Positions 43,805 through 54,982 of a stretch of DNA of 64,000 nt are shown piece after piece. Positions within the stretch are counted from its first letter, which is position 1. Every line of letters starts with the position of its first letter. Source of the stretch: a bacterium (GTDB lineage Bacteria > Hinthialibacterota > Hinthialibacteria > Hinthialibacterales > Hinthialibacteraceae); assembly GCA_963663405.2 (NCBI GenBank), contig CAXXSM010000091.1:16010-80009 (forward strand), read 5' to 3'. The notes under the pieces were generated by a model. It was given only the letters and a program-made list of their open reading frames with translations, had not been told where the DNA came from and did no database searches. Position numbers and translations under genes: made by a program.

Positions 43805-45835
43805 TTACTCTGTATCGATGAGTTCTCCCATCACGTTCACAGGTTCGATTACTGTGACGTTCTCCTTCGGCAAGACCGCCAAGAGATTCGGCAGGTCATA
43901 GACTTCCAAAGCGCCGTGGACAGCGTTGATCAATTGGTTTTTCGTCATCGTGGAATGCAATACATTCGACCAGGAGATAAGAGAACGGCGCAGTTCAAGC
44001 GATGTAATCAATTCCGGCTCTAAAGCGGCGGCATGAAGCGCGGGGGGGCCCAATTCACCGATTCCAACAAGATGAACCGGCCGGGGAGCGCCATCGTTCT
44101 CGTAATTCGCCATCAGCCGGGCGATGGAGAGAATGTCTTCGGCCCGAACTCCTACGTACGTTTTATCGAGTAAATAAGCGGAGAAAGAGTCCTGCCAATC
44201 GTTTCCAAAGTGTTGATCCCATCCTTTGCTCCCTTCCTGAAGATGGGTTTCACCTACGCCCCGCATATCCACGGCTACAACGATCTCCCCCGCTTTCACA
44301 CGTTTTTCGATCGGTCCTTCCGGCGCCGCGTCTACGTGTTTACCTTCATCGTGAAGATAGAGGCAGCTTTTTCCGTTATTGGTATCCGGGATAAACGCCA
44401 AGGCGGGAAGCCAGACTTTTCTATCTTTCTCCGGTAGTAAAACCACTTTGTCGATGTGATATCCATCTCGTTCAATCGAATCGAGAACTTTGAATTCAAT
44501 TTCAGGCAATTCATCCAACGGGCGGATCTTGGCGATTGTTCGAACGCGGTCAAGCGCTTTCTTTTTATCCGTGTCACGCCAGAATCGTTCGCGTTGTCCA
44601 GCCAGTTTTTTCTCTCGATCCAGATTAAGATCGTAAACGGAGCGCGCGCCTTCCATGAGCATCACCTGGCCGTCCGGCGTACATTGGATTTCCTCTTCGG
44701 TTAATACTGAAAAATCCGGTTCTGTAACAGCGTCATCCATCTGCAGCAGCCAGCGCCGCATCCAACGAGCCATCCCTGTGCGTAATTGAATGGAAAATCC
44801 ATGCTCTGCGTCCGTTTCGATTATATTCACCCGTTCGGCGAATCCCATGCGGGTATAGAAACGTTTCGCTTGGCGGAACGTGTACCACGATCCATTGATA
44901 TCAAAAAAGTCGCGCGTCGCAGTACACATTAACGTAGGTTTGGGAGCGCGCATCATGATGTAATCGGAATGATCCATACCAAAAGCGATCTGCCCGTGAA
45001 TGTTTTGTTCCGCGTCTTGCGGATCTTGGTTGCGCAATGTGGTTAGAAAACAGCTGGGAGCGGCGCAGACAATCCGTGGGTCCAGGGCCATTAAGTAGCT
45101 TGTCAACGTGCCGCCGCCGGAATTGCCTGTGCAGCCGATGCGTTTTGGATCGATCTCTTTCCGGCTGTTAAGATAATCGATGCTGCGCATTCCGTCCCAT
45201 ATCCGGTAGGATGCGGTGTTGCGGCCGACAAGAATACTGCCTACGCCGGTCATCGTATGCCCCAACGTGCCACCAATAATAGGAGAGCCGTTCGAATCCA
45301 GTAGCTGATAGCGCTCCCCCTGGTCGATCGGATCGTAACAGAGCGCCGCTATGCCATTCAACGCCAGCAGAATGCACGCTCGTTGGTACACATCTATAGC
45401 TTTCCCATTGCCACTGTGACCACATGGAACGAGGACACCAGGATACGGTGGTTCACTATCAGGAAGGAAGAGCGCGGCGGTCACGAAATGGTTTGGATGG
45501 CTTTCGTAAATCACCTTTTCGACGGAATAACCATCCCGCTGGAGACGTCCAGTTATCCGGGCATTCAGTGGTGTTCGTTTGGGCTGACCACCGATTTGCT
45601 CGAGAAAGAAATTCCGCATCCGCGTCTGATGCGCGAGCAATTGCTCCTTTGTTTTAAGCGCTTCATAGTTCTCTTCCCGGCGATCGAAGGCTTCATACGT
45701 AAGACCGCGCCAATACTGTGTCATCATCTGGTCAACGCTGACGCCGTCAATCTGATCCGGCAAGACATCCAGATCATCCGCAGACACGAACCCAACCATG
45801 AATAGGCCAATCGATAGAATTATAAACCGTATCAT
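43805..45835 (-). CDS. Secreted alpha/beta hydrolase (acetyl xylan esterase-like, two domains)
   Basis: Signal peptide; PCGHSGNGK, DPIDQGER, nucleophile motif TGNSGGG, DAEQN, HGF. Confidence 0.85.
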   Translation of the reverse strand: MIRFIILSIGLFMVGFVSADDLDVLPDQIDGVSVDQMMTQYWRGLTYEAFDRREENYEALKTKEQLLAHQTRMRNFFLEQIGGQPKRTPLNARITGRLQRDGYSVEKVIYESHPNHFVTAALFLPDSEPPYPGVLVPCGHSGNGKAIDVYQRACILLALNGIAALCYDPIDQGERYQLLDSNGSPIIGGTLGHTMTGVGSILVGRNTASYRIWDGMRSIDYLNSRKEIDPKRIGCTGNSGGGTLTSYLMALDPRIVCAAPSCFLTTLRNQDPQDAEQNIHGQIAFGMDHSDYIMMRAPKPTLMCTATRDFFDINGSWYTFRQAKRFYTRMGFAERVNIIETDAEHGFSIQLRTGMARWMRRWLLQMDDAVTEPDFSVLTEEEIQCTPDGQVMLMEGARSVYDLNLDREKKLAGQRERFWRDTDKKKALDRVRTIAKIRPLDELPEIEFKVLDSIERDGYHIDKVVLLPEKDRKVWLPALAFIPDTNNGKSCLYLHDEGKHVDAAPEGPIEKRVKAGEIVVAVDMRGVGETHLQEGSKGWDQHFGNDWQDSFSAYLLDKTYVGVRAEDILSIARLMANYENDGAPRPVHLVGIGELGPPALHAAALEPELITSLELRRSLISWSNVLHSTMTKNQLINAVHGALEVYDLPNLLAVLPKENVTVIEPVNVMGELIDTE

Positions 45836-46119
45836 TATGAATCCCCCTCAGATAGAATGTTCTCATCATACAGGCCTTCTCACTCAAAATCGAGTGCGGA
45901 TAAGACCAATTCATAAAGCGTTCTTTTCAGCAGAATAATGGTTTGGGATTCATTAAAAAAATCTAGCCAAATATATTTGAAATTAAGTTCCTGCAAATTC
46001 TTTCAATTAAAGCAGCCCTCTCGGCTGCTCGGTCTTACATGTAGGAATACTGAGAGACAAATTCGCAGATTGGCCTTGAAAGAATCTAAAAAAAATCTCA
46101 CAAAAATTGATTTCCTGTC

Positions 46120-46147
46120 TTGAATTCATTTCACGGGCTTATATAAT
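46120..46147 (+). promoter_or_regulatory. Sigma70-type promoter for tRNA-Asn
   Basis: TTGAAT-N16-TATAAT about 50 nt upstream of the tRNA. Confidence 0.55.
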
Positions 46148-46197
46148 TTTATTTCTGTTTGGCGTATACGCCGAACCGTTCTAATAAGAACCGATGT

Positions 46198-46273
46198 TCC
46201 CCTGTAGCTCAATCGGTAGAGCAATCGGCTGTTAACCGATGTGTTGCAGGTTCAAGTCCTGCCGGGGGAGCCA
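46198..46273 (+). tRNA. tRNA-Asn (GTT)
   Basis: 76-nt cloverleaf: TCCCCTG acceptor arm, D-arm GCTC..GAGC, anticodon arm ATCGG-CTGTTAA-CCGAT, T-arm GCAGG-TTCAAGT-CCTGC, encoded CCA. Confidence 0.97.
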
Positions 46274-46313
46274 GATTACAATCCGCTGAACAAAGCGGTT
46301 TATACTATACGTG

Positions 46314-46345
46314 AAATCCCGTGGAGAAATCTGCGGGATTTTTCT
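46314..46345 (+). terminator. Intrinsic terminator after tRNA-Asn
   Basis: aaatcccgtgga-gaaa-tctgcgggattttt hairpin with GAAA loop and T tail. Confidence 0.7.
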
Positions 46346-46465
46346 GTTATAACCTTCTCGTACCTTTCATCTGATGATAAATCATTTCATTGGACACTAC
46401 CACCACAAAATGCTACATTCCTTACCGGTCATCATTATCAAACAGGATCAAGGGAGGTGTTGCGA

Positions 46466-47362
46466 ATGACCGAAGAGATCATCAAGATCGAAAACCTCAT
46501 ACGCCGGTTTGGCAAGACCACCGCGTTGAACAACGTAAGCCTCCACATGCCGGAGGGAATCGTGCTAGGTCTGGTGGGAGAAAACGGCGCGGGGAAAACG
46601 ACTTTGATCAAACATATCCTCGGCCTGCTTCGGGCCAAGGAAGGAACGGTTCGCGTTTTTGGCAAAGATCCAGTGGCCCATCCGGAATATGTGCTGAGCC
46701 GTCTTGGTTACCTCTCGGAAAACCGGGAAGACCTGCCTGGCTGGATGCGGATTCAGGAACTGTTCCGCTATACACAAGCGTTCTATCCCAAATGGGATCA
46801 TCCGTACTCCCTTAAACTCTGCGAAACGTTCGGCCTCGATCCAGCGCAGAAAATCAAGACACTATCCAAAGGGCAACGAGCCCAAGTTGGATTGATCAAC
46901 GCCTTGGCTCACCGGCCTGAATTGCTCCTGCTTGATGAACCTTCTTCCGGATTGGATCCCGTGGTCCGTCACGATCTTCTTGCCACGGTCATTCAAAGTG
47001 TGGCTGAAGAGGGACGCAGTGTCTTCTTCTCCTCTCATCTTCTCGAGGAGATCGAACAAGTGTCCAGCCGTGTTGTCATGATGCACAAAGGGAAAGTTTA
47101 TGTTGACAGTCCACTTGCTGATATTCAAAACGCCTATTGCTACCTTGAATTGGGAATGGAATCTTTCCCGGTGAGTCCTCCCGCATTGCCAGGAATGATA
47201 TGGTCTAAGAGGAACGATTCACACTGGAATATCCTCTGTAAGGAAGATATGGAAAAGGTAAAACAACGAGTCACAGAATCAGGAACGAGTTTGCTACAGG
47301 CAAAGCGGCCGTCTCTTAACGAAATCTTTGTCTCCTTGGTCAAGGATGATTGGGGGAGGTGA
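46466..47362 (+). CDS. ABC transporter ATP-binding protein (CcmA/YhcG-like exporter)
   Basis: RBS GGAGGT before ATG 46466; GENGAGKTT, LSKGQ, LLLLDEP, SSH. Confidence 0.92.
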   Translation: MTEEIIKIENLIRRFGKTTALNNVSLHMPEGIVLGLVGENGAGKTTLIKHILGLLRAKEGTVRVFGKDPVAHPEYVLSRLGYLSENREDLPGWMRIQELFRYTQAFYPKWDHPYSLKLCETFGLDPAQKIKTLSKGQRAQVGLINALAHRPELLLLDEPSSGLDPVVRHDLLATVIQSVAEEGRSVFFSSHLLEEIEQVSSRVVMMHKGKVYVDSPLADIQNAYCYLELGMESFPVSPPALPGMIWSKRNDSHWNILCKEDMEKVKQRVTESGTSLLQAKRPSLNEIFVSLVKDDWGR

Positions 47363-49041
47363 GTATCGTGTTTTCCATGACGGCTCAAATTATATTGTGT
47401 TTCGCGCGCCGGATTTGGATCAAATTGTTTTGGGTGATTCTAGGTTGCAGCGCCGTATTTTGCGCGCTGCGGTTTCTAAAAGAGATGGAATATGGAATAT
47501 CGGATCCACTGAACTTACATTGCCTTATCGGCATTCAGATACTTTTCGGACTAACATTTCTTATTCTTGCAACTGGAATTGAACGGTCAAATACTGGATT
47601 CCCCAATCGGATGTTCGTTTTACCTGCCAACACAGCCTTCCTCGTTTTCGCTCAGATGCTATCCGGAATGCTTGCCGGGGATGTTCACATACGTGGCCAT
47701 AGCGGGAATGGCGTGGACAATCCTTGGAACGCAATGGCCGTTCCTTGGGCCTTCATTATTCATTGCGCTATTCCTGGCGGTGAATATGACGTTCTTTTGG
47801 TTCTCGGACCGGAACTGTCAATCGAAAAAGTACTACCTGCGATACTGATTTGGGCCGCGCTTCTTTGGTGGATCGGAAAGCGGTATGGGATTGATAGCAT
47901 GCCCATCCATCCTTCAACATACTGGACACATGTCACAATAAGTGAATGGCTGACGATCGTATTGTTAATGACGGGCGTTTATGGGAATCGCGGTGGTTGG
48001 AGTTTCAATGGACCGGCGGGGCGAATCCCTAGAATTCAAGAAGGGAAAAGAATGGTTGGGGAAGGATATCTTAATCGGATTTCAGGGAGGAAACCGACCG
48101 TTCTACAACTCAACCACCGCTCAGCTCTGGTTTGAGGGGCGAGAGAGAGGCCATTTGTTGCCAGCGGCCAACGCTTTGATTCAATTCCTCACATTAACAG
48201 CTTGTATCTGCGGTTTGTTGGATGGAGTGGGGATGGCATATCTTATCCTTGGAACCGTGTTTTTACCTCTTTTATGTCCTTTCTTTATCGGGCTCATGAC
48301 CGGCTCGTTTGGATCAGCCAACGATTCCTCACAAATTGATATCTTCCGGGCGATCCGTCCGATGAGCTCAACAGGCTCTCTTCGAATGTGATGCTGCTTA
48401 ACGGCGGATTGAGTGTTCTTTATACATGGTTGATCTGGTTGACTTCTTTGGCGCTGATGTCATGTTTCGCACTTATCACGGATTGTTCCGGCGCCTTCTT
48501 CACAACTCTCGGCGGCTTTTTAAAAAGGGGTTGGATTTGACTGGCTTCTAATAGGTTTCTGGATTGGGATTCTTTCCTGGACGAATATGGCTTTAGCCGC
48601 GTCCACTTCCATGACAGGGAGACAGTGGATCTTTTGGGTGCCAACCGCTGGGATTGGAATCATTGGACTGTCATTCCTTTACTGCCATACCCAAGGGATG
48701 ATCACGCCGAATCAATACGCTCCAATCATTGAAACGGCCGTCTGGACTTTCGGTTTATTGTGTATCTTTGGAACCATTCTTGCTTTTTATTTTGCGTATC
48801 GAAAGTATCTCATCAGTATACGAACCATCAGTCTAGCTTTACTGGGCTGGTTGACGCTTTGTGTATTGGCAGGTTATACCCTATGGCGATTATATGTAAT
48901 TCTGTTAGAGGAAAGGTAAGTTCCCATTAGGATTGGAAATTGAATACTCTTTCTTGATATGCGCAGCCGGATTTCTTACACTGCCTTTTGCTCCATTGGC
49001 GGTGGCGCCCTCTCGCCTTGGCTTGGAATCGTTCGCATTAA
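47359..49041 (+). CDS. ABC exporter membrane subunit, split by several indels
   Basis: Consecutive hydrophobic ORF pieces (47350, 47567, 47981, 48587); GFPNRMFVLP, AQLWFE, FRAIRPMS, terminal LALAWNRSH*; start overlaps the ATPase stop. Confidence 0.72.
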
Positions 49042-49102
49042 GGAGAGAATTTATAAAAATATAAATCTATCAACCACATGAAACGTCGAGAGGATAACAC
49101 AT

Positions 49103-49243
49103 GCAGTTAATCAGCTGGTTGAAGTGACAGAGCCCTACCCCAAGCCTAGGGAGAGGTAAAGGATTGTTTCATCGATGCTCACCCTCTCAAACTCCCCCAG
49201 GCTTGGGTAAGGAATCTTTTACTTCAGATGGCTGACCAATTAC
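49103..49243 (-). repeat. Dispersed repeat family B (MITE/REP-like), copy 1
   Basis: Imperfect ~25-bp terminal inverted repeats (gcagttaatcagctggttgaagtga / ttacttcagatggctgaccaattac) around two CCCAAGCCT-GGG hairpins; reverse complement aligns with 62008-62127. Confidence 0.8.
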
Positions 49244-49794
49244 CTTTTTTTTAATCGTTGGGCGCCCAACTCTTTAGGGTTTGTGTCATAGTTGAGTTGG
49301 CTGTTACTTTCGTTTTACCCAAAATCCAGCGCCGTCCGCTGCCTATCGGATCGGAGTAAGTATCCAGTGTCTGCTCCACCATCACACCGGATACTTTATT
49401 AAACTGGATTCATTCGGGCGATCCATGAATTGCGATGGATCGTGGGTTCTTTATCCCGGAATGCCGCCCATTCGCCAGGATTCCACGTTTCCGCCTCTAT
49501 TCGGAAACGAGGAATCAAAGGCTCCTTATACAGCGCTCTTTGATGATGATGACCGCAGCGCGCTTGCGGTCCCCTGTAAATACAAATTAGGCCGCAAAAT
49601 TGGGGAGTTATCGGTTGGGTGATGAGGATAAATTGAGTGAAAAGAGCGCTATTGAACGAGGCTCGATAAAAATAAACCAAGTCAATATAATGAAAGCGCT
49701 TCGCCTTAAAGGGCTATAAATTTCCGTGGCAACCTTGTGCAAAACAACCTTATTTTGAATGAACAAAGATTTGCTACTCGTCCTAGCAATGTCC

Positions 49795-51748
49795 TTATTC
49801 AAAACGTTCATGTTCCGAATCGGCCAAAGACGCCTGTACAGCGTTGGCATTCGGTTTCGGGAGGCCACGGTTGTTTGTTAATGGATGCGTTCCCAAAATT
49901 GGATACACGATTCGCGTCACTACTTATCTTGAATTGCGAGATCATATTCCTGCATGGAAATCGCTTGGCTGGATAATTCTTCACTGGCGGAAGCGGTTTC
50001 TTCCGAAGTAGCGGAATTCTGTTGTGTCACTTGGTCAAGAGTTGAAATCGCCTCGCGGATTTGATTCGCACCAGATGACTGTTCCTGGCAAGCGGAAGTA
50101 ATTTCACCGACGAGTTCCGATGTTTTTTGAATATCGGGCACGATTTGTTGGATGAGATTACCGGCTTCCTCGGCGCCATCCACACTATTGATTGCAAGTT
50201 CGCTGATTTCTTTCGCGGCTTCTTGTGAACGTTCCGCCAATTTCCTCACTTCAACAGCCACAACAGCGAAGCCTTTGCCCATTTCACCAGCGCGGGCGGC
50301 TTCAATGGCGGCGTTCAGGGCGAGCAAGTTTGTTTGATCTGCGATATCGCGATCAATGATAGCGATTTGATTAGCGATTTTACGCATTGCTTCGACAGTT
50401 TTCCACAACCGCGGCTCCACCTTGGTTAGCGTCGTTCGCGGCCTTGCGAGCGATCTCATCCGCCTGAATAGAATTTTGGGCGTTCATGTCAATCGATGTT
50501 GTTAATTCTTCGATAGAGGCGGAGGTTTCTTCCAAATTCGCCGCTTGTTCCGTCGAGGCGTTGGAAAGGCTTTGCGCCGAAGCCGAGAGTTGTTCGCTGC
50601 TGGACGAGACTTGCTCGGACGCGGAACTGATTTCCAGCATTATTTTATTTAAATTACTCGACATGAGATTAAGCGCATTGGCCATTCTCCCAATTTCATC
50701 TTTTTGATCGAGATCAATTTGCTGGGTCAAATCTCCATCCGCGACAATCTGCGCGAATTCCATCGCTTTTGTCACCGGACCGAACTATCGCGCGAGTGAT
50801 TGCGATGGTAATCATTACACCTATAATGATGGCGATTCCACCGACGATAAAAAGAAGGAGGATGGCGTTCGAGTTGGACGCGACGAGTTTGGGACCGAGC
50901 TGATCCTGCACACTCATAAAATCAAATTTCACATCTTCGGTTTCTTTGGCAATAACCGGTCCAATCCGGTCGAGTGTATTTTGAATGATTTTATCACGCT
51001 CGAAAATAGTTTGTTTCAGGATATTGAATGCTGCTATATATTCCGTTTTTTCTTGAAGGATGGAAGCGAGTTTTTGGCGCCGTTGTGGATTTTGGAGTTC
51101 CCGATCCAGTGTAGAGAGACTAGCATCCATTTTCGTAAATTCTTGTTGAACGCGATCCACTTCCGCTTGCGCGTTTGTATCCAAGAATTTCACCACATAA
51201 AGACGGGCTAACAGGAGATGTTTCATCGCCACTCCAGAATGGTACGCAGCGGCCATGTCGTTCTCTTGTTCCGCCGAATCCATGATCTGTGACAGCGTTT
51301 GTTCCATGAAAGGGCCTTTGACATTCAGCGTATCATAGAGGATGGAATCCCGTTGCTTTCTGTAGTTGACAACTTTTTGAAATGCGGTTTGATATGTCTT
51401 GATTTCCTCATCAATGGTATCAATCTTCTTCGCTTGTTCGGGATCTATAATATTGGTTTGCGCCTCGGTTAAGAATTCCGTCATTTTGTCAATGTATTGC
51501 TGGTATTCTTGTTGATCTTTCTCACTGCCCGTGATGATGAAGTCCTTCACATTCATCCGAACCATTAGCATGTTTGCCTGCAGCTGACCCACCAAATTAG
51601 AATCCCGAGCCATTTCACGATATTGAGTAAAACCAGATGAAGATCCATTTAACGCCTGGTATCCGAAAAAAATGGAAAGGACCATCAAAAACAGCACACA
51701 TCCAAATCCAAGGGAAATCTTTGTCCTGAGCTTCATATTTTTAAACAT
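49795..51748 (-). CDS. Methyl-accepting chemotaxis protein (periplasmic helical sensor, HAMP, signalling domain), frameshifted
   Basis: Two TM helices; [18 protein letters not shown]; [40 protein letters not shown]; corrected tail DSEHERFE*. Confidence 0.9.
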
Positions 51749-52153
51749 TTTATCTCCAATCTTGTTGTTTAATCTTTGTTGTGAAACACTAGCTGTTCAG
51801 TCAATGATGTAAAAAAATGTTTAATCTTTTTAATGCAAACGGATCAAATAAAGGTTTTAGCCATATCGTCATTTCATAATAAATGAATGATTAAGACAGA
51901 TTTTTACCTCCCTTCCGATTGTTTTTCAAACCGTTTATTCATTTCAAGAGTAACATTTTCATAGAGAATATTATACGAATTGAAAAGAAAGAATCCAAAT
52001 TTCTAACAGTATCGAGTGTTTTCTTCCCAATCGACTAAAAACACATGTTGATTTCTCACCGATTCAGTAATGCAGAATCTGCTATGATCATCAGTCAAGA
52101 TTGTATTAATAAGGAGGAAAACATAGTAATATCAAATCATTTATTCTTCCTAT

Positions 52154-52169
52154 ATCAAAAAATATGCCA
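52154..52169 (-). promoter_or_regulatory. Possible sigma54 -24/-12 promoter facing the MCP gene
   Basis: Minus strand TGGCATATTTTTTGAT (GG-N10-GA versus consensus GG-N10-GC); repeated TGAGACA boxes upstream at ~52195, ~52299 and ~52312. Confidence 0.35.
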
Positions 52170-52482
52170 AGAATTTCATACGATAATCAGAAAATGAGAC
52201 AATTGAATCTAAGTCTATATTTTTCAATAAGTTTATGAAATTAAAACCGAGTGCGATTGATTCTCTACCGTGCATTGGATTTAGGATTACATCCATTTAT
52301 GAGACACTACATGAGACAACTATACACTGTCTAATTAAGGATTTATCAGATTTATTAGATTTGTGAGAATCAATTTATAAAAGAACATGGATTTCAGGTT
52401 TCATTTTTATTTTTTATCCTTTATTATTCAGACTCGATATAATTCGTGGAATTTTGATAAATCCCAGTGAAAGGATAAGAGT

Positions 52483-54487
52483 ATGTATACACAATGGTGG
52501 TTTAAAAAAAACCGTTTTTACACATTCATGGCGTTCGTTTTTGTTTCGTGCTTGTGTACGGTTGATTCGCATTCGAAGGCGAATGATATTTCTCTCGCGC
52601 AATCGTTTCCAGAGGAGCGATTGCGGGAGATCTTGATTCCACAAAATGAGTGGCGGCCGTTTCCAAGAGCGTCAGAACGGGACGCATGGGAATCGATTCC
52701 GGATGTAGTGAAACAGGCCATTATCAATCAGGCGGAAGAATACGTAGGAGAGGAAATCACCGGTCTTCCCGCTTCGGTGTACTTACAATTCAAGCGGAAT
52801 GGAAACCGCCAAAACTATGAAAGGCTCTGGTATGACCGGCGGGAACGGCTCCATGCGCTGGTAACCGCTGAATGTATTGAGAATGAGGGGCGTTTCCTTG
52901 ACTCGATTGTTGATACAATCTGGGCGATCTGTGAAGAGACCTCGTGGACATGGCCCGCGCATATCGGCCCGCAGAAAGCGGGGACGGGGCTTCCTGATGT
53001 GGACGACCAAGTGGTCGCGCTGTTTTCCGCGCAGACATCGAATACGCTTGTTTTAACGAGTTATTTACTCGGCGAACAATTGGATACAATTTCCCCCCTT
53101 GATCCGGCGCCGCATCGAGCGGGAAGTTGACCGTAGGATCCTGACACCGGTGTTGACAAAGGAATTCGGCTGGATGGGATATGCGGCCCGCGCGAATAAG
53201 AGTTATCCCAACAATTGGAATCCCTGGATTTGTTCAAACGTGATTCTATCGGCTCTGCTGAATGAAAAAGACGAAGCGCGGCGGGCGCGATTGGTTCATA
53301 AAGCGCTGGATTGTTTGGATAACTTTTTAACATATTACCCCTCCGATGGGAGTTGTGATGAAGGCCCCAGTTATTGGGGACGGGCGGGAGCGAGCCTGTT
53401 TGATGGCTTGGAGCATTTATACAGCGCGACGAAGGGGAAATTCGATCTGTATTCACATCCCTTGATCCAAGAGATCGGCCGGTTTATTTACCGCGTGCAT
53501 ATCATTGATGAATGGTTTGTCTGTTTGGGAGATTGTGACGCCCGGATTACGAATCGATCAAACGAATTGATCTACCGGTTTGGAAAACGAATCGGGGACA
53601 ATCGTTTGATGGCGTTGGGGGCGTATGGAATTAAGGAAGAAACTTTAGCGGAGAAGGCCAAATGGAACTTTGATTTGAACCGGTATCTTCACCTTGTTTT
53701 AGATGGAATTGAACTCGTCCATTATAATCCTACTTCCCAACCGCTGGTCCGGGATGTGTGGCTGGGGAATCCGGATATGCAACTGATGGCCGCGCGGGAT
53801 AAAGAAGACAGCGCGGAAGGGTTTATATCTCGCCGCTTGGGGAGGACACAACGCCCAGAGCCACAATCATAACGATGTGGGTAATTTCGTTCTCTTCGCG
53901 GATGGAAAACCTATCCTGATTGATATCGGACGGCCTACGTATACGCGCCAGACATTCAGCAGCCGCCGGTATGAGATATGGGCGTTTCAATCCGAGTACC
54001 ACAATCTGCCGACGATCAATGGGATTGAGCAAAAAAACGGGAGGCGGTATGAAGCGAAGGATGTAAGGTATACGAAAAGTGATACGCTGGCGGAACTCGA
54101 AATGGATATCGCCGCCGCGTATCCAGAGCAGGCGGATGTGGAATCTTGGAAACGCTCCGTCCGCTTTCACTGGGGGGAGGAAGCGCGGATTGTTGACACA
54201 TTTATATTGAAAGAAGCGTCACGCGATATTATTGAGAATTTCATCGTGGCAGGTCCAGTGATAGAAAAAGGCCCTGGAACGCTAGTTTTGAAGGAACCGG
54301 GAGGAAAGTGTGTCTTTGCTGATGGAATACGATTCCAGAGAGACTCTCAGCGGCGATTGAACGAATCGAGTTGGAGGATTCCAAATTACAGAGCGTTTGG
54401 GGAACTCATCTTAACCGGATTCAAATGCAGGCGAAACAGGAGAGGAAAAACGATACCTACGAATTCCGCTTTTCAATGGAGAAATAA
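52483..54487 (+). CDS. Heparinase II/III-like polysaccharide lyase, frameshifted
   Basis: ICEETSWTWPAH, VALFSAQT, NNWNPWICSN, DGSCDEGPSYW, HNHNDVGNF, YTRQTFS, QSEYHNLPTING; corrected end YEFRFSMEK* at 54485-54487. Confidence 0.85.
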
Positions 54488-54504
54488 TTTGCCTCTTCGC
54501 TATT

Positions 54505-54680
54505 TCATGTGGGTAGAGGGTAGAACCTCGAGAAGATTACATTCCAATTTTCCTCTGCCAAACAGATGGTTACGATCAACTTGTAGACGTTTCGATATCT
54601 GTTAAGCGACAAGTATTTTGCAGTAGGATTGCCCTCCATCGATCCGTTTGCGGGTCTGGATTTTATCGAAGAAAAAAGAA
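54505..54680 (-). pseudogene. Decayed second copy of an ISL3 transposase 3' end
   Basis: NGSMEGNPTAKYLSLNRYRNVYKLIVTICLA aligns with NGLLEGMNSLIQAAKARARGYRNVNNLITTIYLI of the main transposase; DNA 54491-54600 aligns with 54974-55083. Confidence 0.75.
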
Positions 54681-54982
54681 CCATATCTTTATGTGCCGCA
54701 TGCTTGTGGAGTCTGTGGTCAGGCGCCTCAATAATCTTTCTCATTCCCCCTAATCTTTCGCAGGTGGCTGTCCAAATCTTGTGGGCAACACCGGCAGGAA
54801 CTTTCTCTTCTCACCCAGAGTATCGGCGGTTTGTCCATAAGATGGCAGAATCCACAAGCCCTCACTCGTTCGGATTACTGATCATGAATCGCAGACCGGA
54901 GAGACTCAGCCGGTTTCATCCGGTGTCTTTTGCTTAGTTTGGCGGCTTGCCTGCAGAAACGGGAACGATTCAAGCCGTATTA

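Noticed and set aside
46241-46465. N-terminal extension of the ABC ATPase in the ORF track
   Set aside because: It overlaps tRNA-Asn and its terminator; the real start is ATG 46466 after GGAGGT.
51750-52150. c-di-GMP riboswitch in the MCP leader
   Set aside because: I found no GEMM-type motif (GGCAAA, GNRA-capped stem, GCAAA) by eye.
52483-54487. Heparinase-like lyase as a partner of the sulfated glycan locus
   Set aside because: It is 26 kb away with no shared regulatory feature, and the family has broad substrates.
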